DNA from: Eledone cirrhosa | Taxonomy: Eukaryota | NCBI GenBank assembly: GCA_964016885.1 | Contig: OZ024755.1 | Location: forward strand, 21,514,001-21,578,000 | Direction of reading: 5' to 3' | DNA: 64,000 nt | Position numbers and translations under genes: made by a program | In this document: positions 13,442 to 50,881 of the stretch, piece after piece | How the letters are laid out: each line of letters begins with the position of its first letter | Position numbering within the stretch: the first letter of the stretch is position 1 | The notes under the pieces: model-generated | Seen by the model: only the letters and a program-made list of their open reading frames with translations | Databases searched by the model: none | Told to the model about the DNA's origin: nothing

Positions 13442-13694
13442 TATATGTGTATGTATGTATGTATATACATACTAGTGTACGTCTGTATACATATATGTAT
13501 GTACGTATACATACTTATATTTAAGTATCAGCCATACTAAGAGTGAGAAATGAAATTTCATTTTTTCCATTTATCGTTTTTGGTACACTCGGCCAACTAA
13601 CTCACTCGCTATGCAAATTAGGCTACTCAGCCGTTAATATGCATAAGGAAAGTATATACTTTCAAACGTTCAATCGACTGACAATAAGGTATAC

Positions 13695-13733
13695 GATGCT
13701 GATGACAGATAATAAGCTAGAAACTAGTTCATC
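13695..13733 (+). ncRNA. Minimal type I hammerhead ribozyme motif (weak stem II)
   Basis: gatg-CTGATGA-cagataataagcta-GAAA-ctag-TT-catc. Confidence 0.55.
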
Positions 13734-14022
13734 ATTCTTAGTCAGTGTTGAACAAAAGGGCAACGATGGCTGCTGAACACTGTACGGCTACTAATTTGGG
13801 CTGTTTGTTTACAAACAAACCGAGCATTATAATAAATGTTCGGTAAACCCAGACATGTATATGTGTGCATGTATGTATGCATATGCATACTAGTGTACGT
13901 TTGTATACATATATGTATGTACATATACATACTTATATTTAAGTATCAGCCGTACTAAGAGTGAGAAATGAAATTTCATTTTTTCCATTTATATATTTAT
14001 ATATACATATATATATCATACA

Positions 14023-14063
<41 letters not shown>

Positions 14064-15922
14064 CATCATCACCGTTTTATGTCCGTTCTTACACGCTAGC
14101 ATGGGTTAGACTGGTTGTCCTGTTGTGGGCAGTGTCCAGTCAGCTGACCATGCCTTGTTCATACGGGACTGATTCTGGCTTGATTTCTACAGCTGGATGC
14201 CCTTCCTAACACCTATATATATATATACATACATACAGTAGTGGACTGGCTAGGTTGCCCTATGGCAAGTGGGTCCCTGGGATTCCCACTGTACTATTAG
14301 AGGTACCCGCCGTAGTATTTGAGATCCAATGCTTTACGTTAAAAAAATATCTGAAGTCTAAGATGTAGAACAAAAATATAAATATATGTTTATAGAATCA
14401 TACATAAAAAACGTTTCCTACTGAAACTTTATCACCCATTACTTCAATGGGTAAAAAGACTTCTATAGGAAGTTGGACTGGATGGACCAAAGCCATACAG
14501 ACACCCAAGAACAACAATCAGATGAAAAAAATGGTCACACATACAGTAGAGTCGAGTATTAAAACTACTCAAAAGGGCCACGTGCTTAAATTTAATGAGA
14601 AATTTAATGTAACATTCTGCTTAGCACCTTATGTCACTATATAAGCCTGTGTGATTAGCTTGCTCATGGTCATTTTTCTGTTGCCCGGCAACTGTTGGAG
14701 CTTCTCATTTACAAATGAGATTTCGGTGAAACCCATTCACGAATGCCAACTGCACAGTCCTTTCAAGATTTTTCCCCCGTCAACTCGGCTATTTTGTCTA
14801 CAGATCTGATGTGGTTTTTGTTGTGATAACACTTGTCTGAGGATTCAAGCAGTTCTGGAATTTGGTCTGGAGCGTCAATCTGGATCACAAGCCAGCCGTT
14901 TGGGAAACATTTGTAACCAGGATTGAGCAATAAATCTCTTATGTAACACCACTTTGTTCTTATTACTTTGCCTTTCATCCTTACGGGGTCGATAAAATAA
15001 AGTACCAGTAATGCACTGGGTAATTACTGGCCTTGTGCCAAAAAGTAGAAACAATTATATACACTCTGCTCCACATCAAGTGCTGACTTTGGTACCCTCA
15101 CCAGTTTTCTTCAGACATACTAAACCTTCTGTACACACATATATATATATATATGTAATTTCCTTAATAACACAGCAGAATTAAAATAAGTTCTACAAAC
15201 CTTGATTTATAAAGGTGTTGTCCATAGATTAAAAAATATATAAGTACTATAATACAAAGAAAAAATATATTTTAGTTTACACTTGAAAAATTGCAGATTT
15301 TGCGAAATGAAAGATTGGATAAAATAGACAGTACAAAAATGTTATTTATTGTCATTTATATGCCCCCTTCACCTTCCATATTTTTAATGTCTTTTTTTTA
15401 TTTATTTTTTTATACTACCAAATCAAAGGCAGAATTTATGTACTTTTTTGTGTAAAATTCTGAGTTATTTTAAAAATTACTAGAACTCCATTAATCAAAT
15501 TTTTAATTATCTTAAACAGTTAAAACTTGAGTTATTATATCTGTATGTATGTTATTTATTTGAGAAAAATCATCAGATATATATAACAATCTGGTCAAAA
15601 TATTATTGTAGAAAACATCAAGGATGTTGACTGATCAAAACAATCTATTTTAGACAATTTTTGTTTTACATTATTGTGCTTGAAAACCGAAGTTTGAAAC
15701 TCAATATTTCTACTTTGAAAGGAAATATATAAAGTCTGATCCCCAAATATCTCCACAGCACTATAACAACAACACTATTGCTGCTGCTACTACTACAACA
15801 GTTATCAGTCCTGTTATATAAAACAGCAGAAACTACTTTCATGGCAAACAAGATTGTAATAAAGGACAGATCTTTGTTTTTATGAAAATAGGAAATATAA
15901 ATTTTGTTTTGTTGTTATTCTC

Positions 15923-15928
15923 TTTATT
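15923..15928 (-). terminator. Candidate polyadenylation signal of EARS2
   Basis: AATAAA on the minus strand about 100 nt after the stop codon. Confidence 0.5.
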
Positions 15929-16029
15929 AAATTTGTTTCAGGTACATGTAATCAATGAGCAAAGACGACATACCTGAGTTAAATATCCATTAAATATAAA
16001 TAAGATATATCTATTTACAGTAAAGTTCA

Positions 16030-40565
<24,536 letters not shown>

Positions 40566-43500
40566 ATGGTGAGTATGTTAAACAATTAATACATTACTTA
40601 TAGTAACAGTAGTATTCCATATTTAAAATGGTAAATCATGAATATCAGAACATTTTCTACTTTTCTTTCCGTCATGTATTTATTATTTCGTCATGTATTT
40701 ATTACTTTCTTACTTGAATATTTTAAACTAATAAATATTACATCATAATAATTTACAACAATATGTTATATATTATTTATACATACGAGTGTTGTTTAAT
40801 TTATCTTGAAGCTCAACAGAGTAATTGATGTCCCGAGAAATCAATATACCGAAGATCTTTAAAAAGTTGAAATGTTAAAAGCCTGTTTCATTATGTGGCG
40901 ACGAATTATAAAATTATTTAAAAATAAAATAGAATCCGATGGAATAATTATTTATATAATATAATCTGTGGATTTATATAATTCTTCCTTTAAATATTCC
41001 ACTATAAATAATGTGATTGTGTAAGGCAAATTGATATTCAACTAAAGTTTGTTGTTGTTCCAGTATGTGTAACAATACAACTGATTGTCGTCATAATGAT
41101 CTACAGTTACTGTGTGTGTGTCTGTCTGTATATCTGTGTGTATCTGTATGTGTGTGTCTGTCTGTGTATGTATTAAAACTAAATGAACAGTTTGTTAGTG
41201 TATGTATGTGTGTGTGTACTAAAACCAAATGATGAACAGTTTGTGTGTGTGTGACTGTGTGTCTCTGTCTATGTCTGTAGATATTCAAAGCTGTATATGG
41301 GTTTGCAGCTTAATACATTAGTGAACTGTTTTGTGAAAGAGAGCCAACAATGTGTTTGAGATCAAGTGACAATGGACTGACTCCTTGTGGTATCATATAC
41401 TAGAATGTACCAGCGTCCTCTCCAGAGAGTCATGCATCCTCGGTCGCTTAACACCAAGGACACCGGGGATAAGCACTGGCTAGAAGTATGTTACATGGTG
41501 TATTATCTTTCTGGTTTATACTTACATCTTATGTGGTTTGCCTTATGATGAGCCTCATCCTATGTGGCCTGCCTTATGATGAGCCTCATCCTATGTGGCC
41601 TGCCTTATGATGAGCCTCATCCTATGTGGCCTGCCTTATGATGAGCCATATCCTATGTGGCCTGCCTTATGATGAGCCATATCCTATGTGGGCCTCCTTA
41701 TGATGAGCTATACCCTATGTGGGCCTCCTTATGATGAGCTACATCCTATGTGGGCCTCCTTATGATGAGCTACATCCTATGTGGGCCTCCTTATGATGAG
41801 CTACATCCTATGTGGGCCTCCTTATGATGAGCTACATCCTATGTGGGCCTCCTTATGATGAGCTACATCCTATGTGGGCCTCCTTATGATGAGCTACATC
41901 CTATGTGGGCCTCCTTATGATGAGCTACATCCTATGTGGGCCTCCTTATGATGAGCTACATCCTATGTGGCCTGCCTTATGATGAGCTACATCCTATGTG
42001 GGCTGCCTTATGATGAGCTATATCCTATGTAGCCTGCCTTATGATGAACTATATCCTATGTGGCCTGCCTTATGATGAGCTACATCCTATGTAGCCTGCC
42101 TTATGATGAGCTACATCCTATGTAGCCTGCCTTATGATGAGATATATCCTATGTAGCCTGCCTCATGATGAGCTACATCCTATGTAGCCTGCCTTATGAT
42201 GAGATATATCTATGTAGCCTGCCTTATGATGAGCTATATCCTATGTGGCCCCTTTTATGATGAGCTACATCCTATGTGACCCCCCTCCCCTTATGAAGAG
42301 CTACATCTCATGTGGCTCCCCTTATGATGAGCTACATCCTATGTGACTCCCCTCACGTGGCTCCCCTTATGATGGGCTACATCTTATGAGGCCGACTGTT
42401 CAGAAAAGGTTGCCCATGCCTGATGTAGATGAATGAAAATCTATTTACCAGAATTTAACTATGATTATTTCCTAATATCTTATACATCATGTCTGGCATT
42501 GTTTTTATTTATATTTCACAGGGTAGTAACCTCATTGTTGTTGGGATTGGCTGTACCATCTTAGGATTTGCAGGTAAGACTTTCTTTATCATCATCATCA
42601 TCATCATCATCATTGTATTGTATGAAGATGTGGCTGAATAATACACCTGGGTTACTCTATACAAAATATTTATATAATGAGATTTGTGTGTGATCTTGTA
42701 TAAACATTAAAACATTGGCAGATGATGAACATTAAAGGTGAATTAATTGTCTGCATTCCTTGAGGTGGACAATATGAAGACACTTGAAAAATGTTGTACC
42801 AGTTAAAAAGTGTCTCAATCCCAGTAGATCATCAAACTGGAGTTTATACCAATATCATTGGTGTTCAGTGATTGAGGGTACACAAGCACCCTCTTTTGGA
42901 TAGAATGCTAGTTTGTCACAGCCCCGCTCCTGCTAATTCAAGTCTTTCAGCTGAGTGAAGTCTTTGACAAATACAATTCTCTCATAATATCTGTTTAATA
43001 ACATTCCTGTGCATCTTTTGAGAAAATTCATTCTATTTCTATTTGCAGGCCGCTATGCTTTACGTTATGGCAAAGTTGCAGGAGAAACTTTAAAGAAACA
43101 AATAGACTCTTTGCCAACAACATCTGTAAGTATTTAACTTCTTATTGGTACCTCCTTCATAGTTCAGAGAAAGAGTAAAATGAGAGAGTAAGCATTTGGC
43201 TACATGTTGCATGCTAAAGGAAGAGGTGGGGGTGTCATTCCATGGCAAGAGATTTTAAACATCTAATTGTACCTTAAATTCTTTACCGAACTTGTTAATA
43301 ATTTCTTTTTTCCTCTCCAGTAATATTAACATCGGTGTTTATATTTATTCTAATAAACAACATATTTTTCTTCAGGCCTTTACCTACAACAAATATTACA
43401 AAGGTGGTTTCGAACCCAAAATGTCTAAAAGAGAAGCTGGATTAATTCTTGGTGTCAGGTCAGTCTGTGATGTTTGCTTCTTGTTTTTCATTGTATCTGA

Positions 43501-44780
43501 AGCTTCCATATGTCTTGTGAAACTATCAATCACACCCTGGAAAATTCAAATCCAAGGCACAGGGCCGAGACAAGGTCTTTCGACATATTTTATTGTGGTG
43601 ACTTCCTTGGACTTTAATGTAACGAATACTCCATATTAAGACATGTCATGTCTATACGTATTAAGACATGCCATGTCTATACATACATTCAGTTAATTAT
43701 CTTTATGTTCTAAGTCTATTAAAAAGGGAGACTATTCAACCACCATATTTTATATATTGCTCTATGAAGAAGCCATGAGCAAACTGCAGCCTACGAGCCA
43801 CATGTGACCTGTTTGGCTTTCTGAAAGGCATGCCTAATTTGAAAATTGCCTTGAATTTTTTAGTAGTGTAGCCTGCCTTATAATGAGCAACATCCTATGT
43901 GGCTCATCGCTTGAAAAAGGTTGCCCATGTCTGCTATAAAGCATGTTAGTGTGCAGCCAAAACCATATGTTTATTTATATATTTGTACATGTGTAATTGT
44001 GTGTGTAATCTTCATCATTATCATTTAAAGTCCACTTTCCATGCTGGTATTAATTGGAGAGCTTGTGATGGTCCAATTTTGTTCTTATTTGGAGTTACTA
44101 CACTCCTAGACAGGGCAGAGGACCCCATCTCACTCATACATACCACTTTTGGTGTAATTTATACAAAAATTGAATAAATTTACACCTTGTTGTTTTAGTA
44201 TATTTAAAGAATTGTTGTTTAAAAAACCCTATGCTAAACATCAATAATTTTTCTCTATTTTATGTTCCAGCCCTTCTGTCAGTAAATCTAAACTGAAAGA
44301 AGCTCATAAGAGAATTATGCTTTTGAATCATCCAGACAGAGGTAAGTTTTCTTTGATCTTTTCTGGGGGGAACTTTAACATCAGATTGAGATATCACAGC
44401 TCCAATACTACAGGCTTCAGGCATGTGGTTAGAATGTCTCAAGAAAGAATCACTGGACAGATTTTACGGGCAAAACCAGTCAGCAGGCTACTAGGGATAG
44501 ACTTCGAGCATGATGGTTGGATGAGAAGGACCCATCCAACCAATCCAAGCATCGAAAAACAGACGTGAAAATGATTATGATGATGACCTCCGGTCTTGAA
44601 CATTTTAATAAATAGAAATCTTAAATAGTTTTTTTTATATATATTTTGAATATCATTTGATTATATGAAATTGTTTTTTAAGCCTATTTTTCAATCTCTT
44701 GTGTTTCATTTTCAGGTGGATCTCCATATTTAGCAGCTAAAATCAATGAAGCTAAAGACTATTTAGAAAATAATAAATGA
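40566..44780 (+). CDS. DNAJC19: Mitochondrial import inner membrane translocase J-protein TIM14/Pam18 (DNAJC19-like), 6 exons, 116 aa
   Basis: Exons 40566-40568 (ATG only), 42522-42573, 43049-43125, 43376-43458, 44271-44341, 44716-44780; all introns GT-AG; 351 nt. Protein [116 protein letters not shown] has an N-terminal TM segment, YYKGGFE, and the HPD J-domain motif. The paralogue name DNAJC15 cannot be formally excluded. Confidence 0.93.
41524..42392. repeat. Minisatellite, 31-bp unit, about 28 copies, ending in a hAT MITE terminus (42422)
   Basis: ccttatgatgagctacatcctatgtggcctg units in DNAJC19 intron 1; then aaaaggttgcccatgcctg. Confidence 0.96.
42522..42573 (+). CDS. DNAJC19: DNAJC19 exon 2 (TM segment)
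   Basis: [30 protein letters not shown]. Confidence 0.9.
43049..43125 (+). CDS. DNAJC19: DNAJC19 exon 3
   Basis: [37 protein letters not shown]. Confidence 0.9.
43376..43458 (+). CDS. DNAJC19: DNAJC19 exon 4
   Basis: [39 protein letters not shown]. Confidence 0.93.
43769..43933. mobile_element. hAT-type MITE (same family as 34682)
   Basis: agccatgagcaaactgcagcc ... aaaaggttgcccatgtctg. Confidence 0.75.
44271..44341 (+). CDS. DNAJC19: DNAJC19 exon 5 (HPD motif)
   Basis: [35 protein letters not shown]. Confidence 0.93.
44385..44585 (+). mobile_element. RTE-like 3' fragment in DNAJC19 intron 5
   Basis: FRHVVRMSQERITGQILRAKP; tail aaacagacgtgaaaatgattatgatgatg. Confidence 0.65.
44716..44780 (+). 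CDS. DNAJC19: DNAJC19 exon 6 (terminal)
   Basis: [32 protein letters not shown] at 44882-44887. Confidence 0.93.
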
Positions 44781-45029
44781 TTTAAGCATCTTAAAAGCAA
44801 AAAGGCATTTGGACAGTTTGGAAATTAGGTGTGATTCTCACCTGTCGCACTGATGTTTTTTTTTTTTTATACTTTGTAGAAAATAAATATTTTTTTACAT
44901 AAAACAAGTTTTATTTTGTGAATTTAATAATATTATAAATTAAATTGAGTAAAAAGGCAAGCATGACTAGTTATAGAATTAATTTCACAACCATATGGTT
45001 TGGGGGTTCAGTCCCACTGTATATATATA

Positions 45030-45210
45030 GTAATTGTTTCTACTTTAGGCACAAGGCCAGCAAATTACCCAGTGCATTACTGGTACTTTATTTTATCGAC
45101 CCCGTAAGGATGAAAGGCAAAGTCAACCTGGGCGGGATTTGAACTCAGATCGTAAAGGGACGTAACTATGCTGGAAAGCATGGCGTCCGACCCTCTACCT
45201 ATACTGCCAA
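45030..45210 (-). mobile_element. Meta-type SINE
   Basis: Full match to the dominant SINE family. Confidence 0.85.
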
Positions 45211-45914
45211 TAATGCGTGATATATATACTTCTGTAATATCTTTTCTTTTTCTTTCCACACTTACATAATATTACATAATACAATACACTTTCTATACTA
45301 CTTTACTCCATACCTTAATAAATATTACCATCTCTATATTACATTCCACCGCATAATACAATATTTCTATAGCATACGAACACTAACAAGTGTACGATTT
45401 CACATTTCAAATTTACATCTTGGAGTTATTTCCCTTCGTGATATGTTTTTTTTTCTTTCTCGTAAACTAGCATTTTTAGCACGCATTACTTTTAACGCCA
45501 TCTAATAAACTCGTATAGATGCCTGAAGATAGATTTCAATGTTGATCCCTTTTGTATTCTGGAGGCTGATCAATATTGGGCCTTGAAACCTTTGGTAGCT
45601 CTTTTGTTCCGCGTATGAACATAAATAAACAATATAATATTTCTCCTCTCTTCCGGATTGAGAACTGTCTTCTTTTTTCACATCTACGGATATTGCTACA
45701 TCAGACCTGTTAATTCTCCTCGTCCGACCGGGGGGGTCTCCCACCCACTTTGGAGTGGGTGGGAGATGTCTTCTCTTGTGAAAATTGGTATAGCTTTCAT
45801 TATGTAAAATCTCACCATTTTGCCTCATTTCTCTCCGTTTTGGGGCACTTTTTTTCATGGTACTCTCCATTTGGGTTTTTAGATGTTGGCAGGTCAGTTA
45901 CATACACACATACA

Positions 45915-46370
45915 TTATCATCATCATTTTATGTCCGCTTTTCCCTGCTTGCGAGGGTGGGACGGGTCCTCTTCAGCACAGCATCTCACCATTCGTCACG
46001 GTCCCTCGTCATCTCAGTGAGCTTCAGCGATCCGAGGTCAGCTCTCACCACTTCCGCCCATATTTTTCGTGGTCTTCCTCTACTGCGTCTTCCTTCTACT
46101 GGGATTTCTTGGCACTTCTTTACCCAGCGGTCATCTTCCATGCGCATCACATGGCCATACCAACGCAGTCTTCTCTCCCACACTCTACAGTTTATCCCAC
46201 CTACACACAGTTTCACTCACAATTCGTCCACGCACATAGATATTGCACATCCATCGAAGCATGCTTGCTTCATTTCTCTCCAGCCTTCGCATATCCCCCG
46301 CAGTTACTGCCCATGTCTCACTACCATGCAGCATCGCGCATTTCACGCAGGTTTCATACAACCGACCTTT
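45915..46370 (-). mobile_element. RTE 3' fragment
   Basis: ERRLRWYGHVMRMEDDRWVKKCQEIPVEG...GRPRKIW. Confidence 0.9.
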
Positions 46371-46949
46371 CGTTCGTATATATGTGAAATTTCACCTCTA
46401 CCCCAAAATCTGGCACTCATCTTTCAGATAACCATGAAGTCTAAGCGGCACCCCCACTTCAAGTGCCGTCCATGGTATGTGCCATGCTTGTCATACCTTA
46501 GTTACACCTGTCAGTACACAAGGAGGAACTGATCTTGTTCTTCTTGGTGTTGTTTCTATTTCTCTATGTTAGCTTCAATTCTGTTACTCCGGCCATTGTC
46601 TACGCGGTTTTGTAAGGGTTTCTATAGTTGATACTTTATCATTAAGGATCACACCCTTATCTGGTATCTCTAGCTTTTATCCTTGTACAGTTTCACTACC
46701 ACTCACGGCATTGCAGTAAGTGTGTTGGCTTGCTTAAACCATTATTAAAGGGAGACCCCAGCGTCTTGTAATGGTATGATTGAATGTGTGAGGTGTTTCT
46801 TCCCAACCTTTTTCCCTATTTAGCAGTTATTTTCTTATATAGTGTTTACAAAGAACTGAATAAAATCTTAATACTATTTACTTTAAAACTTTAATAAAAC
46901 CCTAAAATAGGATTATGCCTTAGGCGCTAGGCTGTGTGATAAAAAAAAC

Positions 46950-47385
46950 AATTATACTTTAGACATAAGGTCAGTAATTTTGGAGGTTAGGAGAGGGGAA
47001 AGCCGATCAAATTAACCCTGGTACTCGACTGGTACTTTATTTTATCCACCTCGAAAGGATGAAAGTCAAAGTTGACCTTGGCGGCATACTACGGAACATT
47101 TTATCCGGAATTCTAACGATTCTTCCATTCCCCGGCCCTTCTGTAATAACAAATATTATGGTTTATGATTTAAGCATAAGGCAAGCAATTTTGGCAGAGA
47201 GGAAAGTTGATTAAATCGACCCTAATGCGTTACTGGTACTTTATTTTATCGATCGACCCTGTAAAGACGAAAGTGCAAAGTTAACCTTGTCGGGATTTGA
47301 ACACAGAACGTAAAAAGCCACAACTATATGCCGCAAAGCATTTCGTCCGTCGCTCTACCGATTACTGCCATTCCACCAACCTTCT
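46950..47385 (-). mobile_element. Two adjacent Meta-type SINEs
   Basis: ctggtactttattttatc...aaagtt(g/a)acct motifs occur twice. Confidence 0.75.
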
Positions 47386-47779
47386 GTTATAAAATTACAA
47401 GTGTTGGCGTGGGAGGGGAGTTAATAAATAAGAAGGTAACGAGAGACTTCGGCTTGACTTACTCTACTACTATAGTCTGATCTTTCTATAAAATAATACA
47501 TTTAGCAATATCTCGAAGAAACATTATAATAACAATGTCCTCCTTTCCAATGTTGATCCAATTTATTTGTTATCGAATATGTCTTTGACAAGCTGTAATA
47601 TGATACGAGCCACAAAACATTATAAAAATGGTTGTGTTTGATGGACACAAAACTCGATATTAGATGTCTGATGCGTGAAACCGTACATCATCTTTAATCA
47701 ACGAGAGAAAATGTCAAGTTTATGACTGAAAAGCAAAACTATTATTGTAATAAGAAACTTTGTTGAAAAGTTCAATCAG

Positions 47780-48080
47780 TTGGTGTTGGTGTTTGTGGTG
47801 TTGGTGTTGGTGTTGGTGTTGGCGTTGTTGGTGGTGTTGGTGTGATGTTGATGGTGTTGGTGTTGTGTTGGTGTGGTGTTGTTGGTGGTGTTTGAGGTGT
47901 TGATGGTGTTGGTGTGGTGTTGTGGTGTTTGAGGTGTTGATGGTGGTGGTGTTGGTGGTGTTGGTGTGGTATTGGTGATGTTGGTGTTGGTGTGGTCTTG
48001 GTGGTGTTGGTGTGCTGTTGGTGTTGGTATTGGTGGCATTGGTGTTGGTGTTGATATTGGTGGTGGTAGTGTTGGTGTGG
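47780..48080. repeat. (GGTGTT/GGT)n low-complexity tract
   Basis: Direct repetition; source of the Thr/Asn/His-rich spurious ORFs. Confidence 0.9.
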
Positions 48081-49306
48081 TACGGCTGGGTGGGGCAGGG
48101 TACGGTGGAGGGTTTAGGTGGCGAAAGAATATAATGTTCTGAAAATATATAATATTCTGAAGTGAGTGGAGCAGTGTGATAGAGAGAGGGGTGGAGGCAT
48201 GAGCGAGAGGAGGGGGAGTTGGCGAGAGAGAGGGGAAGGAGTAAGCAAGAGGAGGCGTGAGAGAGAAGTGGAATGAGCGAGAGGGGGAAATGATAGGGAG
48301 AGAGAAAGGAGGAATGTGTGTGTATGAGAGAGAGAAAGAGAGATAATATATATGAAGTCATTAATATTCAGGGCCCATGGGGGGGGGATAGGTAAGACAC
48401 GCGGGGCAGAGCTGTGTGTCTCGAGTGTCCTGTGATATCACTGGTATCTCGCCATACATCATTTGTTTCCCATAGAATAACAGATAAGAGTGGGTATAAG
48501 ATATCTTCTTCTTCTTTCTTGGGAGGGTCGTGGAAGCCACACTCCTCTCAGACTCGCCACCCAGAGGGTCCTGTCCGAAGAAAACGTTTCCAATTGATCT
48601 GGTTGGATCTCCAGACACGACCAACCGAGCTCATGGATATTACATTGCTATCGTTCTCGTGGTCTCCCTCCGGAGCTGGTTGACTTTGCTCTGATAAGAT
48701 ATCTAAATTTATTAAATATTATACACCCCTACACACAACATTCACGTGTACCCTTAATGGAATTCTCAGGGAGATTCAGCGTGACAGAGTGTGTGACATG
48801 CTTGGTCCTTTGAATTACAGGTACAGCCCAATCTTTTGTTATAGTGTAAGTGACTGAGAATTCCACAGACACGTGTATCCTCAACGTAGTTCTCAGGGAG
48901 ATTCAGTGTGACAAGGCTGGCCTCTTTGAATTAAAGGTATTGTAGTCCATCCGACGGGCTTCCAAGTAGTTTCTGTCTACACAGTTTCACTCACAAAGCA
49001 TGGGTCCACTCGAGGCTATGCTAAGTGTCACGTGCCCAAAATGTTAGGCTGTGGTATCGAACCTAGGACTTAATGATTGCGAAGTGAACTCCTTAAACAT
49101 TCTGTCACACTGCGTCCGTCTAACGATATTTCCCAACCTGGGTAATATCGCCCACCAGTAGGCGATTTCAATTGTTAGGTGGGGGATGAGCAATTGAATA
49201 GAAAATAGTGGGTGATTGGAAATTTTGGTGGACGATATAGGATTTTGTGTATTAAGAATGTATTTCAACATATGCTGGAAAAAAAGCGAAAAAAATATAT
49301 ATATAC

Positions 49307-49400
49307 TTAATTAGAAAGTGAACAACACAAAATATAACTGGGATCCAGAAACCTTTGGTAATGGAGTAGTTATATTTTGTGTTGTTCGCTTTCTAATTAA
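49307..49400. repeat. Hairpin, 33-bp arms; loop carries the 3' half of a hammerhead
   Basis: ttaattagaaagtgaacaacacaaaatataact / agttatattttgtgttgttcgctttctaattaa; loop contains GAAACCTTTGGTA. Confidence 0.9.
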
Positions 49401-49459
49401 ATAGCTCTGTTCTATACATAGAGCACTCTTTTTTCCTTTGCTTTTCCTTCGGAATTACC

Positions 49460-49551
<92 letters not shown>

Positions 49552-49617
49552 TAATAAGGTAATGAATTCTTTTACAATGGAATTAGCTCGAAGGAGGAAA
49601 ATACCCACTGAGCCGTG

Positions 49618-49742
49618 TATAAACTAATATGTATGTGATGAAACACAGATACCAACACATCTGTATATATATTGCAAACACCATTTTTCTTTTGCAATAT
49701 ATATACAGATGTGTTGGTATCTGTGTTTCATCACATACATAT

Positions 49743-49751
<9 letters not shown>
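49618..49751. repeat. Perfect hairpin, 61-bp arms, 12-nt loop, abutting (TA)n
   Basis: Arms 49618-49678 and 49691-49751 are reverse complements. Confidence 0.95.
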
Positions 49752-49800
<49 letters not shown>

Positions 49801-49808
<8 letters not shown>

Positions 49809-50080
49809 ATATTTGATGAACATTTACATGTTTTAGTTGCAATTGACTAATAAAATCGCTAGTATGAAATATCTTAATTCAACAACATAAAGTTTGCCTG
49901 TACGATCTAAAAAATAATAAATCAATACTCACAGACCCATATGAGTCTGTGAGTATTGATTTATTATTTTTTAGATCGTACAGGCAAACTTTATGTTGTT
50001 GAATTAAGATATTTCATACTAGCGATTTCATTAGTCAATTGCAACTAAAACATGTAAATGTTCATCAAATATTGATATAT
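49801..50080. repeat. 280-bp near-perfect palindrome abutting (TA)n
   Basis: 140-bp arms centred on catatg; two mismatches seen. Confidence 0.95.
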
Positions 50081-50148
50081 TCTGCTCAGAAGCGATTCTT
50101 AGAGCTGAAATGATTGTAAATGACCCCATTGAGTGTAAACTCTAAGTT

Positions 50149-50185
<37 letters not shown>

Positions 50186-50588
50186 AGGAGATATGCAAAG
50201 AACTTGTATGAAAAAAGAAAAAACGAAAACAAAAGAAATGAACAATCACTATCTATCTAGGGCGAGATCCATGGACGAGTTCTCTCCACCGGTCTCTGCC
50301 CCTCACCATCGCTGCCATGTCCTGCGTTTTCAAGAGATCGGTGTCTGTTCTTAAGGCAGCAACATATGTCAACCAAATGAACAAACAGGAGGATAAATGG
50401 GATAATGAACTAGTAACAAACCTTTACCAAACATTTTTGGTATGTTTTGAAAGTGGGTGATGACATCAAAAAAGGTTGGGAACCCAGTTCAAATTGAACA
50501 TCGATCATATCAACCATTCCAGCCTAGTGTAGAGAAATCTATACTTTGCTACCTATATGACAAACAATAAATATTAAAATACCAATAA

Positions 50589-50687
<99 letters not shown>

Positions 50688-50755
50688 AAGTTCATTCCGG
50701 GTTCAATCGGGGGTAACCACAGTAAGTAAGGTACTCAATACAAAGCAGAGGATAA

Positions 50756-50881
50756 ATATTTAATATAGAAATGGCTTCTACAGGACTAGAACTGTTTCAT
50801 TCGGGAGAAATCATCAGGGCTTCCTGGTGATTTCTCCCGAATGAAACAGTTCTAGTCCTGTAGAAGCCATTTCTATATTAA

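Noticed and set aside
14238-14950. Possible hAT-like transposon fragment (cagtagtggactgg terminus)
   Set aside because: No matching second terminus or recognisable transposase motif was found.
41524-42392. Tandem C/D-box snoRNAs (ATGATGA in each unit)
   Set aside because: No D box (CTGA) or terminal stem, and the unit derives from a MITE.
47663-47689. Ultra-short hammerhead-like string gatgtCTGATGcgtGAAAccgtacatc
   Set aside because: Lacks A9 and stem II. It may be a remnant but is not supportable as a ribozyme.
47720-48361. 213-aa and 87-aa Thr/His-rich ORFs
   Set aside because: Low-complexity repeat; no domain or splice support.
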